A DNA stretch of 64,000 nucleotides from an uncultured Oscillospiraceae bacterium (GTDB taxonomy: Bacteria > Bacillota > Clostridia > Oscillospirales > Acutalibacteraceae): positions 14,852 through 78,851 of the forward strand of contig URNB01000001.1 of assembly GCA_900549055.1 (NCBI GenBank), written 5' to 3'. Below, in pieces: positions 8,210 to 18,100 of this stretch. Position 1 is the first letter of the stretch. Each line of letters begins with the position of its first letter. Made by a program: the position numbers and the translations under genes. The notes below the pieces were generated by a model. That model saw only the letters and a program-made list of their open reading frames with translations. It had not been told where the DNA came from and made no database searches.

Positions 8210-9928
8210 ATGCTTGAAACAAGGCTTGTATCCTCCCTTGCAAAAATATTTCCCGACGAAATATCCGGCAGCACACTCGAAAGCGCAACCGCCCTTTCAA
8301 ACGAACCGTTTTCCTTTCAGGTCGCATTTAAAAATGCCGATTTAAAAAGCGATGCAGTGCAGATATATGTGCGTATAGAAACGGATATAGGCCTCCGAAA
8401 TATATCCGAATATAAGGTAGGCTTTGTTCCGGTTTTAAGAGCCGCGCCGCAAAATGCCGACGATTATTTTGAGCGGCGGCAGCCGGGTCTTTATCCCGAT
8501 ATGCTGCTTGAAAGAAATGTGCGTTCCGAAATTGAAAACGACGGCTTTTGGTACGATAAATACTGCGAGCAGAATGAAAACAATCAGCTTAATTCCATAG
8601 CAGAAGCATACCAGGGGCTGTGGTTTACCGTGAATGAGGCGGGAGAAAATATCAAGCCGGGTAAATACAAGATTGCAGTTGTTTTTTACAGCTCGCGGGA
8701 AAATGCCGAAATCGGCAGAAGCGAGCTTTCACTGGAAATCAAAAACGCGCGTATCACAGCCGAAGCGCCTTTATACACCTGCTGGTTACACTGCGACTGC
8801 CTTGCGGATATATACAAAACCGAAATGTTTTCAGACGAGCACTTCCGCATTATTGAATCCTTTGCAAAAAAAGCAGCGGAAACCGGTATGAACACGGTGC
8901 TGCTGCCGGCGTTTACTCCGCCGCTCGATACCCCTGTGGGCAAGGAGCGCCCAACCGCGCAGCTGGTGGGGGTCACCCTTAAAAACGGCGGCTATTCCTT
9001 CGATTTTTCACTTATGGAAAGGTACATCCGCATAATGCTTAAATGCGGAATAAAATATTTTGAGCATTCGCATCTATTCACACAGTGGGGTGCAAAGGCG
9101 TCACCGAAAATAATTGCGGATACCGAAAGCGGCAAAAAACGGATATTCGGCTGGGAAACCGATTCAAGGAGCGAAGAATACAAGCGATTTTTGAAGGAAT
9201 ATCTTAAAGCGCTTATGCCGTTCCTTAAGCGGCTCGGTATAAAAAGCAATACCTTTTTCCATATTTCGGATGAGCCGCAGAAAAAGGATATAGATTATTA
9301 TAAAAGCGCCTTTAAAACCGTAAAGCCGGAAATCGGGGACTGCAAAATCACAGATGCCCTTTCAAATTACGAATTTTTTGAAAACGGATGTATCGACATT
9401 CCCGTGGTTGAGGTCTGCTCATCGGATATTGACCGCTTTATAAACAGCTGTGAAGACTTTTGGGTTTATTATACCGGTGAAATAATGACCGGCGGTTACC
9501 CCAACCGCAACATAACTGTCACGGGCGCCCGCAACAGGATAATAGGCATACAAATGTATTATACCGGAGCTAAAGGCTTTCTGCACTGGGGCTTAAATTA
9601 TTATTATGATGTTTTAAGCCATGGGCTGTTCAACCCCGCAGAAAACCCCGGCGGATATTTTCAGGTGCCCGGCAGCTCGTTTATAATTTACCCGGGCTGC
9701 GGCGGAGAAGCGATACCGTCTGCACGGATGAAGGTATTTTCAGAAGGTCTTAACGATTACAGGGCGCTTTGCACCCTTGAAAAATTCATCGGGCGCGAGA
9801 AGACCCGTAAGTTTATTGCCGACTTTTTCGGCAAGGTCGATTATCACCTCTGCCCCGATAACGACAGTCTGCTTCGCTTCCGCGAAAGGCTTAATGAAGC
9901 TTTGGAAAATGCATACAAAGCACCTTGA
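8210..9928 (+). CDS. DUF4091 / GH123-like putative intracellular glycoside hydrolase
   Basis: No signal peptide; N-terminal beta-sandwich then TIM-barrel-like region with FHISDEP (candidate Asp-Glu catalytic pair as in GH123); assigned from memory of the family, so moderate confidence. Confidence 0.45.
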   Translation: MLETRLVSSLAKIFPDEISGSTLESATALSNEPFSFQVAFKNADLKSDAVQIYVRIETDIGLRNISEYKVGFVPVLRAAPQNADDYFERRQPGLYPDMLLERNVRSEIENDGFWYDKYCEQNENNQLNSIAEAYQGLWFTVNEAGENIKPGKYKIAVVFYSSRENAEIGRSELSLEIKNARITAEAPLYTCWLHCDCLADIYKTEMFSDEHFRIIESFAKKAAETGMNTVLLPAFTPPLDTPVGKERPTAQLVGVTLKNGGYSFDFSLMERYIRIMLKCGIKYFEHSHLFTQWGAKASPKIIADTESGKKRIFGWETDSRSEEYKRFLKEYLKALMPFLKRLGIKSNTFFHISDEPQKKDIDYYKSAFKTVKPEIGDCKITDALSNYEFFENGCIDIPVVEVCSSDIDRFINSCEDFWVYYTGEIMTGGYPNRNITVTGARNRIIGIQMYYTGAKGFLHWGLNYYYDVLSHGLFNPAENPGGYFQVPGSSFIIYPGCGGEAIPSARMKVFSEGLNDYRALCTLEKFIGREKTRKFIADFFGKVDYHLCPDNDSLLRFRERLNEALENAYKAP

Positions 9929-9978
9929 GTGTGAAAAACACCGATATACCAACGCAGGAGATTGTAACATTTAATATT

Positions 9979-10025
9979 AAACGCCATAAACTGTATTAAC
10001 AGCCTATGGCGTTTATTTTGTTTTC
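9979..10025 (+). terminator. Rho-independent terminator after the 8210-9928 gene
   Basis: Stem AACGCCATA / TATGGCGTT followed by TATTTTGTTTT. Confidence 0.5.
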
Positions 10026-10040
10026 AGGCAGGGAAAAAAC

Positions 10041-10832
10041 ATGAAAAAAATTACAGTTCTCGGCGGCGACAGCCGCCTTAAAATCGCCGCAGAGCAGCTC
10101 CGCGGCTACGGTTACACGGTAAATACTCCCGATTTCCCCGAAGTCGGGGACTTAAGCGGCTGCGATGTACTGCTGCTGCCCGTGCCGACCACGCGCGACG
10201 GAGAGACACTGTTTGCCCCTGAGTGCCGCAAAAAAATATATCTTTTCGATATTGCAAAGCTTGTACCTGACAGCACGCTTATACTGTCCTGCGGCTACAT
10301 GTTTGAAGGGAAAAACTGCATAGATTACGGAAAAAACGACGCTTACTGCCTGCTCAACGCCGTTCCGACAGCCGAGGGCGCAATTGCTCTGGCAATAGAA
10401 AAAACTCCTTTTACCCTATGGGGAAGCCGCGTTTTGGTAATCGGCTGCGGCAGGGTCGGCAGAATACTGGCAGGGCGGCTCAAATCGCTCGGCTGCCGAG
10501 TTACGGTGAGCGCAAGGAAAGCGTCGGATTTCGCACTGATTTCGGCAATGGGCTGTTACGCCGCAAAAACCTCCGAAATAAAAAAGCATCTTAACTGCGA
10601 TATCATATTTAACACTGTTGACGTTAAGGTGATAGAGGACGGGGATTTTGAAGACTGCACCGCCGAGCTTATTATAGATCTGTCAAGTCACGGCGGATAC
10701 GATTCCGCCGCGGCCGAAGCTGCCGGCATTACAGCGCTTAAGGCTCCCGGTCTGCCGGGCAAGACCGCGCCGCAAACCGCAGGAGAAATTTTGGCAAGAA
10801 GCGTGTGGGAAATTATAACGACTACTATATAA
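10041..10832 (+). CDS. dpaA: Dipicolinate synthase subunit A (SpoVFA)
   Basis: Rossmann N-terminus VLGGDSR, NAVPTAEGAIALAI, VLVIGCGRVG, ALKAPGLPGKTAPQTAGEILA, all matching B. subtilis SpoVFA. Confidence 0.85.
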   Translation: MKKITVLGGDSRLKIAAEQLRGYGYTVNTPDFPEVGDLSGCDVLLLPVPTTRDGETLFAPECRKKIYLFDIAKLVPDSTLILSCGYMFEGKNCIDYGKNDAYCLLNAVPTAEGAIALAIEKTPFTLWGSRVLVIGCGRVGRILAGRLKSLGCRVTVSARKASDFALISAMGCYAAKTSEIKKHLNCDIIFNTVDVKVIEDGDFEDCTAELIIDLSSHGGYDSAAAEAAGITALKAPGLPGKTAPQTAGEILARSVWEIITTTI

Positions 10833-10845
10833 AGAGGAGAACGAT

Positions 10846-11418
10846 ATGAAAAACATAACCGTGGGGTATGCGTTCTGCGGCTCTTTCTGCACTATTAAAA
10901 AATCTCTGGAGGCACTGAAGGAGCTTGCAAAGAATGATATTAAAATTATACCTATAATGTCACAGACAGTGTATTCGACCGACACCCGCTTCGGCTCTGC
11001 CGCATTTCTTCGCGAGGAGGTGGAGGATATCTGCAAGGCAAAAATCATACACGATATCGCCGCCGCAGAGCCGATAGGCCCGAAAAATCTGCTCGATATC
11101 GCAGTGGTGTCGCCCTGCACGGGAAATACAATTGCCAAAACCGCCCTAGGCATCACCGATACACCGGTTACAATGGCGGTAAAGGCGCATTTGCGTAACA
11201 ACAAGCCCGTAGTGCTGGCAATAGCCACAAATGACGCGCTCGGCGCTTCGGCAAAGAATATCGGGCTTCTGCACAATATGAACAACATTTATTTCGTCCC
11301 CTACCGTCAGGATGATCCCTTCGGTAAAAACAATTCGCTGGTCTGTGATTTTTCGCTCTTGACCGAAACGGTCGAAAAGGCGCTTTCGGGCGAGCAATTG
11401 CAGCCGGTCATACTTTAG
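10846..11418 (+). CDS. dpaB: Dipicolinate synthase subunit B (SpoVFB, flavoprotein)
   Basis: Strong similarity across the full length to SpoVFB: GSFCT, DTRFG, AEPIGPK, TNDALG, VPYRQDDPFGKNNS, EQLQPVIL. Confidence 0.9.
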   Translation: MKNITVGYAFCGSFCTIKKSLEALKELAKNDIKIIPIMSQTVYSTDTRFGSAAFLREEVEDICKAKIIHDIAAAEPIGPKNLLDIAVVSPCTGNTIAKTALGITDTPVTMAVKAHLRNNKPVVLAIATNDALGASAKNIGLLHNMNNIYFVPYRQDDPFGKNNSLVCDFSLLTETVEKALSGEQLQPVIL

Positions 11419-11426
11419 CAAAAAAC

Positions 11427-11450
11427 TGCCTCCCCTTATAAGGGAGGCAG
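11427..11450. terminator. GC-rich hairpin between convergent dpaB and the minus-strand glycosidase gene (likely bidirectional terminator)
   Basis: CTGCCTCCC TTATAA GGGAGGCAG perfect 9-bp stem with an A-run upstream. Confidence 0.4.
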
Positions 11451-11470
11451 CATACGAAGCTATGCAATAT

Positions 11471-13081
11471 TTAAATTTCGAACAGTATCCGCCTGTGCTC
11501 CGACTCAACATCCGGCACTTCCGTTTCACAGATATTGTTAAGCGGTGCAAAGCTGCTGCCGTTTTCACTTGTATAAATGCATTTTGCGGCATTTGTAAGA
11601 CTTAGCTCTCCTACATTATCGACACACTCGGAATCTGTTCCCAAGAGTAAATATCCGTGGCCCAGTTTAATATGCGTGTTCCTGTATTCGGGGCAATCCG
11701 CCTGCAGCCTTATGAGCGGAATATCAAATTCCACAGTCAAATCGCATTCCTTTTCGGATATGCTTATTAAGGCAAAATCTCCCTCCGAATTAATTTTCAT
11801 CGGCGTTCCGTCCTTTAAAATTCTTAAATTATCGGCGTATTTAGGTATGTAAGCCTTAAAAATCAAATTATCCCTTTGAGGGTTGACAATACGGAAATCG
11901 GTTTTTCCGATATAAGGATATTCCGTTTTTTCGGTTATTTCGGTTTCGCCGAATTTGTATAATCCGTCGTTATAATAAAGAATTTCAAAGGTATTGCCGT
12001 CTCGCAGAATTTGGTTTTCGGCGCAATAAGCCAAACCGTCTCCGCCGCGCATGGTACAGCACCAATAGGCGATACTCATATCCTCGCCGACAGGTCTTAT
12101 AAAATCCTTGCCGTAACCTATGCACACATCAAGTCCGAAGCCGCCGTTAGGTCTTAAGGCATAACCCAGTGCGTTAAGATAAATTTTATGAAACCAAGCT
12201 AAATAATCGGAATTATGTGTCAGCTTATAAAGCTCGACGGCGCACATAACCGAATCCACAACGGTGCACGGCTCTGTCCAGGACGGACGGCCGAACCAGT
12301 TTATATTTGCGTAATTCTCGGTCATTCCCTCGTTTACATACAGCTTGAATATTCTCTCCGCGGTTTCAAGGTACTTTTTCTCATCGGTAATCTTATACAG
12401 CCGTATTACCCCGCGCGTTGCCGAAAGGGTGGCATGGGTCTGCATTTGAAGCCCCGCAAAATCAATTTTTGAGAAAACACCGTACATCTCGGTCAAAAGC
12501 GGAAGCAACTCCCATCTTTTAAGCTCAAGACACGCCTTTGACAATGCGTCCATACATATAAATGCGCAGCCTATATCGGTGGAAAGGTGCCAGCAGCCGC
12601 ATCTTCCGCTGTTTTCACCGCTGAAGCCGCCGCCGTTATTTTTATTCCTTTCAATTGGATATTCACAATAATGGGTCTTTGCTTTTAAATAGAGATTGTT
12701 TATTATGTTTTCAATCAGATTATATATTTCCTCTTTGCCTGTTATCAGATAGTATTCGATAAGACCGCTTAGCAGCCAATTGTGACCTGCAAGCTGCTGC
12801 TCGCTGAATTCGCCGTCGGGGAACACCTTGCCAAGATAGCCCATTTCGTTAAGATGCTCGCCCAAAGCGTCTATGATCTGCTCAAGGAACGCGGGCTCGC
12901 GCCCGGTTGCCTCACAAAGGCGCACAAGGGCTAAAATCGTTCTGCCCTCCCAGTCGCCGTACCACGCCGATTTATCGGCGGTGAAAATATAATCGGCACG
13001 GTAGCGGTAGCTTTCAAGAATACTGTAATTGAGCAAAAGCCTATATGCCAAATCACCGCGCACAGCTGTTGTTTTTTCCAT
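11471..13081 (-). CDS. (alpha/alpha)6-barrel glycoside-hydrolase-like protein with a C-terminal beta-sandwich (GH127/DUF1680-like or AGE-superfamily); intracellular
   Basis: No signal peptide; helix-rich ~390-aa N-terminal domain followed by a ~150-aa beta-rich domain; ATG at 13081 preferred over TTG at 13093; family call is tentative. Confidence 0.4.
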   Translation of the reverse strand: MEKTTAVRGDLAYRLLLNYSILESYRYRADYIFTADKSAWYGDWEGRTILALVRLCEATGREPAFLEQIIDALGEHLNEMGYLGKVFPDGEFSEQQLAGHNWLLSGLIEYYLITGKEEIYNLIENIINNLYLKAKTHYCEYPIERNKNNGGGFSGENSGRCGCWHLSTDIGCAFICMDALSKACLELKRWELLPLLTEMYGVFSKIDFAGLQMQTHATLSATRGVIRLYKITDEKKYLETAERIFKLYVNEGMTENYANINWFGRPSWTEPCTVVDSVMCAVELYKLTHNSDYLAWFHKIYLNALGYALRPNGGFGLDVCIGYGKDFIRPVGEDMSIAYWCCTMRGGDGLAYCAENQILRDGNTFEILYYNDGLYKFGETEITEKTEYPYIGKTDFRIVNPQRDNLIFKAYIPKYADNLRILKDGTPMKINSEGDFALISISEKECDLTVEFDIPLIRLQADCPEYRNTHIKLGHGYLLLGTDSECVDNVGELSLTNAAKCIYTSENGSSFAPLNNICETEVPDVESEHRRILFEI

Positions 13082-13111
13082 TTTATCACCCAAAAAATTA
13101 AAATACGCCGC

Positions 13112-15037
13112 TTAAACGTTTATCAGCATAATTACCGGCATAAGAATTTCCGCCCTTTGCTTCACGGTCAAAGCTATGCCATCCGTAAAAAATTCAACAG
13201 GCTTAAGCTCCCCGTCACAATCTAATACTCTGACGGATTTTACACTGCGGTCGGTAATAAGCCGAATATCCGGCAGTACATCCAAACCGATATTAAATAC
13301 CGCGCAAAAAAGCTCGCCCTCGTTCGCGGTATACGCCGCACGCAAAAGCACCTCGGCGTCTCCCGGATAATATATCGGCAGATTTCCGCTTTCGCTGAGC
13401 AGCTCCGCCATTTGTTTTTTGCGGGATTCGTTTAAGAAAGAAAACGCCTCGCAATAATTATATTCCGTTCGCGGCGTGCCGCAAAAAGCAACGACCGTGC
13501 CGCCCGCCGCATTCTTAAAGCGAGTAACGGCGGGGAAAAGCGTTTCACGCTGCTTTCCGCCGATTATGTGATAAGCCTCGGAGCAGACCTCCACAGCTGA
13601 ATCAAGCGGTATCAGCCTATGTATTCCCACCTGAGCCGAACAATCGTTTCCGTTCACATACAGCCTTTCTCCGCTGACATTCTCTCCGTTCCACGGCACG
13701 GCTTTTACACCCGTGTATTCGCCGAAGCCCCGCTCAAACAGTCTTTTTGCCGTATGAGCCGATAAAAATGCCGTTCCGCTGAGTATTTTTTTAAGCTCCT
13801 CATCGGAATATATCTCATCATCGAAGCCGTCCATGAAAACCGCACCGCCCGGCTCGTTTGAAAAATACAGAGGGAAGCCGAGTCTTTCAAGCACATGCGA
13901 ATGCCACCCGTTTTCGGGGCTGCCGCTCCAGCCAAGCGCCAAAGAAGGCGTATCAGGCAGGGGTATTCTGCAGCCTAAGTGCTTCAAGGTAGAAGTAAGC
14001 CGGTTTAAGGTATTATAAAATCCCGTGTGCTCTCCCAAAATTTCCCTGTATGCTTTTCCGCTTTCGGGTTCAAACGATGAAAGCCGTGTTATCCAGTGCT
14101 TTGCACCGCCGCAGCCCTCTATTATCGACGCGGTAAAATGCGCGTGCAGATTAGAAGCGCTTGTGCTGTAGCGGTTTTGCGGGCAGGTATCGGTTTCGGC
14201 AAGCAAATGATCCGCCTTGTGCCGCAGCATATTTGCCTGACACGCCGCCATATACATTACGGGGGTAAAATTTCTGGCTCCCGCAGATGTATACCGCGAG
14301 TTATTTACGCGCACAATAACGGGATTGCCGCACCCCGCCAGAATTTCCGCAATTTCGCCCGCGAATTCCGCCGCGTTGCCGCAGGCGCAGAAGCAGCCGG
14401 GTATTGACGGATTGACCGAATCTATGCCGTCCCGCATTGCCCTTGCGGCATTAATAAGCGACTCACCCTGCGTTTTGAAAAATACCTCGCGCAGCGCCGT
14501 GTCGTTTTCATCAAAAATGCGGCGGCAAAGCTCGGAACGCGTCAATTCCTCGCCCGTCAGCTCATTTATCCGCGCCATATGCAGCCCGCAGGCACACCCT
14601 CTGCCGGGACGCGCCATAAGCCTGAAATCGTCGTCAACCATAATAATTTTCGGCCTGTGCTTTGCAATAGTCGCAAATTCATTGAAAAAATGTCTTTTAA
14701 AGCCCTCGTCATACGGGCAGCAAACATATTCCGTTCTGCCGTTCGCCATGCCGACATACTGCGTAAAGGGCGACGCCTCGTCAAGCGGATAGCCATGTCC
14801 TATGGTCGCCTGCACCAAAATGCCGCATTCAAGCCCCATCTCGGCCAGCCTGTCTCTGAATAAATCATATTTACGGCACAGCTGCTCTGCCTTCCCGATA
14901 ACCGGATTGCCCTCGGGCACCAGCTTCATCATAAAGAGCGCGCAGCTTGCGGTTCCGTTTTCATACTGTGCCTTTATATCCTCGCATATTTCTTCGACAT
15001 GCGTATCGTCAAGCGGCATTATAGTATAATTATACAT
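13112..15037 (-). CDS. Hypothetical intracellular enzyme, possibly a TIM-barrel glycoside hydrolase or phosphorylase; family unassigned
   Basis: AAAAGGAGAAGG RBS before ATG at 15037 (ORF-track start 15067 has no RBS); no signal peptide; lies inside the glycan operon. Confidence 0.4.
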   Translation of the reverse strand: MYNYTIMPLDDTHVEEICEDIKAQYENGTASCALFMMKLVPEGNPVIGKAEQLCRKYDLFRDRLAEMGLECGILVQATIGHGYPLDEASPFTQYVGMANGRTEYVCCPYDEGFKRHFFNEFATIAKHRPKIIMVDDDFRLMARPGRGCACGLHMARINELTGEELTRSELCRRIFDENDTALREVFFKTQGESLINAARAMRDGIDSVNPSIPGCFCACGNAAEFAGEIAEILAGCGNPVIVRVNNSRYTSAGARNFTPVMYMAACQANMLRHKADHLLAETDTCPQNRYSTSASNLHAHFTASIIEGCGGAKHWITRLSSFEPESGKAYREILGEHTGFYNTLNRLTSTLKHLGCRIPLPDTPSLALGWSGSPENGWHSHVLERLGFPLYFSNEPGGAVFMDGFDDEIYSDEELKKILSGTAFLSAHTAKRLFERGFGEYTGVKAVPWNGENVSGERLYVNGNDCSAQVGIHRLIPLDSAVEVCSEAYHIIGGKQRETLFPAVTRFKNAAGGTVVAFCGTPRTEYNYCEAFSFLNESRKKQMAELLSESGNLPIYYPGDAEVLLRAAYTANEGELFCAVFNIGLDVLPDIRLITDRSVKSVRVLDCDGELKPVEFFTDGIALTVKQRAEILMPVIMLINV

Positions 15038-15103
15038 ACCTTCTCCTTTTAAAAAGCTGCCGCACATTTATAAAATGCGGCAGCCGAAACAGCACCCATA
15101 CTG

Positions 15104-18100
15104 TTATTTCTTTATGGATTTCTTTTTTCTGACGGCAATAATTATTATCACCGCCGCCAACACGCCGGCTGCAATTACGGCGCCTATTATAATCCATACA
15201 TAATTATTCGACGCGTCTTCCTGCGTATTTTTTGATTTGGCAGGCGTCTTTTTGCCGCCGTCAGGCTTCTTTACATTTTCCTCTGTCGGTTTTACCTCCT
15301 CCGATGTATTATCTTCATTGCCCGCGCTGTCGTTCATTGTATCGGCAATCTGATTAGTATTCTTATTGCCGTTCGATTTTTCAGGCAGCTTATCATCGGA
15401 AAGATTTTTAATACTGTGAATTGTATCCGAGGTTCTGACGATCATTACATCATCAAAGAATATACTTGTATTTCCGTCGGACACAAACGCAAGCCATGGC
15501 GTTCTTGCCGTAAACGAATATATGACCTCTGTCCATTCGTTTTGTTTAAGCGAGGATACCGACAGCATTTTTTCAACGCCGTTGTTCTTTTCCAATATAT
15601 CCGGCCATGTTTTGAATGCTAAGGATATGTTACCGGAAGCGCCTGCGGTATCGGTCATTATCCAGAATTTGAGCTTATATTCCGCACCTACGGTCAGCTC
15701 GTCGTCATAATTCACCAGGAATTCGTCGCTGACCGAGGCAAGACCCTTTCTGTGGATTGCCTTGCTGCCGCCGTGAACCTTATCTGCAACATATCCTGCT
15801 ACGCCCGGTCTGTAATATTCGTGGTCTTCGCCGAGGTCGTATTCGGTAGCGGGATAGTTTTCAAAATCCTGCACTACCGAGGTCAGTTCCCACTTAGCAT
15901 AAAGCGTCAACTTACCGGCGGGGAATATAGTCTCGGTGAATTTGCACTGCAGCTCGCTGTATACATACCAGCCTTCAAAGCGATAGCCCTCGCGCACAGG
16001 GGTAGGCAAAACAAGCTTTGCGCCTATAAGCCCCTCAATCGGAGGAACCGTAACACCCTCTGCGTTTGTCACAAAATCAATTCTTGTTTTTCTGGCTGTT
16101 GCCGTGGCGCTGCGTTTTATTCTCGGATAGAATATGCGCAGTATAGGCATTGTATCGTCAACCGTCATCCATACCTTATCATAGTCAAGCCCGGGCATAC
16201 CGCTTTTCGCATTTACACCGCACATATTGTCGGCGTTAACAAAGGTTACGCCGAGTCCAACGGCAACGCCGAAGGTATAAACATTTTCATATGTGTTTCC
16301 TGCGGCTATCAGATCTCCTCTGCCGTCCACTATTTGATCGAAATCGGCAGTGCAGGCATAGCAGTTTCTGATAATGGAATCAGGAGCGAAAGCATTGCCC
16401 AAAAGCGCACCGCAGCGTGAGCCGCCTATCAGCTTTCCTACAAAATAGCTGTCTTCGATTTTAATCGGAGAGGGCGTACCCGAAACCATACCACCCGCGA
16501 AATTGCCGCGCACGATTACGGAGGTATCGGCAAAGCATCCGCTTATGACCGGGTAATTTTCCTCTTTTACCTCATATTCCTCTCTCCAGTTCTTAACATA
16601 CGCCGCAAATGCCGCGCCGTATGCCTCGTTTTTAACGGTGGAAACGTCAATATAACTGTCAAGTATGCCGACATTTTTAATTGAAGCCTTTGTATCGATT
16701 CCGGGTATAAGTGCGCCGCGCACGTTATCAGCTTCGGTTCTGATATAAATACCGGATACAATGTGTCCCTGTCCGTCCAAATGACCCGCAAAGGCGTTGC
16801 TTATACCGAAGGTCACATACCAGTGATTCAGCTTTTTGCCGTCATACCAGTTTTCGCTTGAGGTATCATTAAGCTTTATGTCCTCTGTCAGTACATAATA
16901 TGCCGGAGTATCATTGTACACGGTATGCTCCGAAACCATTTTGTAAAGCTGTTCGCCTGTAGCAATTTGGTATGGGTCTTCTTCGGTACCTGTGCCTCCC
17001 GCATAGTCCTCCGCTTTAAGTCCGCTCCAGATCTGACCCGGAACACCGTCGGTTGAAGAATCGGACGATTTCTGATCCATATGCGGGTAGTCGTTTTCAA
17101 CCGTGTTCCAAATAGTATCCCATTTAAGTTCGGGCATAGCGTTCCTTGCGGATTCGCCTATTATCTGTTCCTCTTTTACAACATTGACCGCTATGTTCTG
17201 CGCGTCGCCGTGCCTTGCCTGCGACTGCGAAACGGTGGAATATCTTATTCCCGATGGCATACCGAAGGATTTGTCAATCGCAACGCAGCCTACGGTATAG
17301 CTGTCCGTAACATTCGCGGTACCCCACGAATCGCCGTAAAAACCGCCGGCATAGTTAGATTTATTTTCAAAGCTGCCCACAAAATAACAGCTCGTAACAT
17401 CCACAGAGCCTGCGCTTACCCCGCCTATCAGTCCGCCGACAGCCGCAGCCGCACCGAATATCGAGTCTCTTACGGAGCATTTGCTTATTCTTACGTTTGA
17501 GCCGGTTTGAATATATCCCGCGATACCGCCGAGATAGCAGTTACCTTCTCTCCTGCCGCTCAAATACGCTTTTCTTATGTTTACTCCCACAACGTTGCCT
17601 CTGCCCGCAAGCACGGGAATCAAGCCGCATTTTTCGGAAATATTATTACAATAAAGCCCGTATACCGTGTAGCCTTTACCGTTAAGTCTGCCCTTAAAGC
17701 CCGTGTTGGGCTCGGTTAAATTAATGCTGTACCATGAGTTCAGCTTTGCCGCCGTATACCAGTTTTCCGCCTTTACATCGTTAAGATAAATATCTGCCGC
17801 CAGCTCATAATAAGCACCGGGCTCGGGGTCTGTTGAAAGGCAGTGCTCCTTTACCATTTTATAAAGCTGCTCCGCGGTTTCGATTATATACGGATCGCCC
17901 TTTTCGCCGCTGCCGCTCTTATATTCCGCGGCGGTTTTGCCGCTCCAAACCTCGCCCTTTTTGCCGTCGTAATAATCGCCTACCGGCGCGTCCGAAACAT
18001 TTTTGCCCGCGGTGCTTCCCTTTATTATCGGGTAACCGCTTTTATTTATCTCCCAAACATCCCAACCGAGATTCGGCATGTTTACCTTTGCCGCGTCGCT

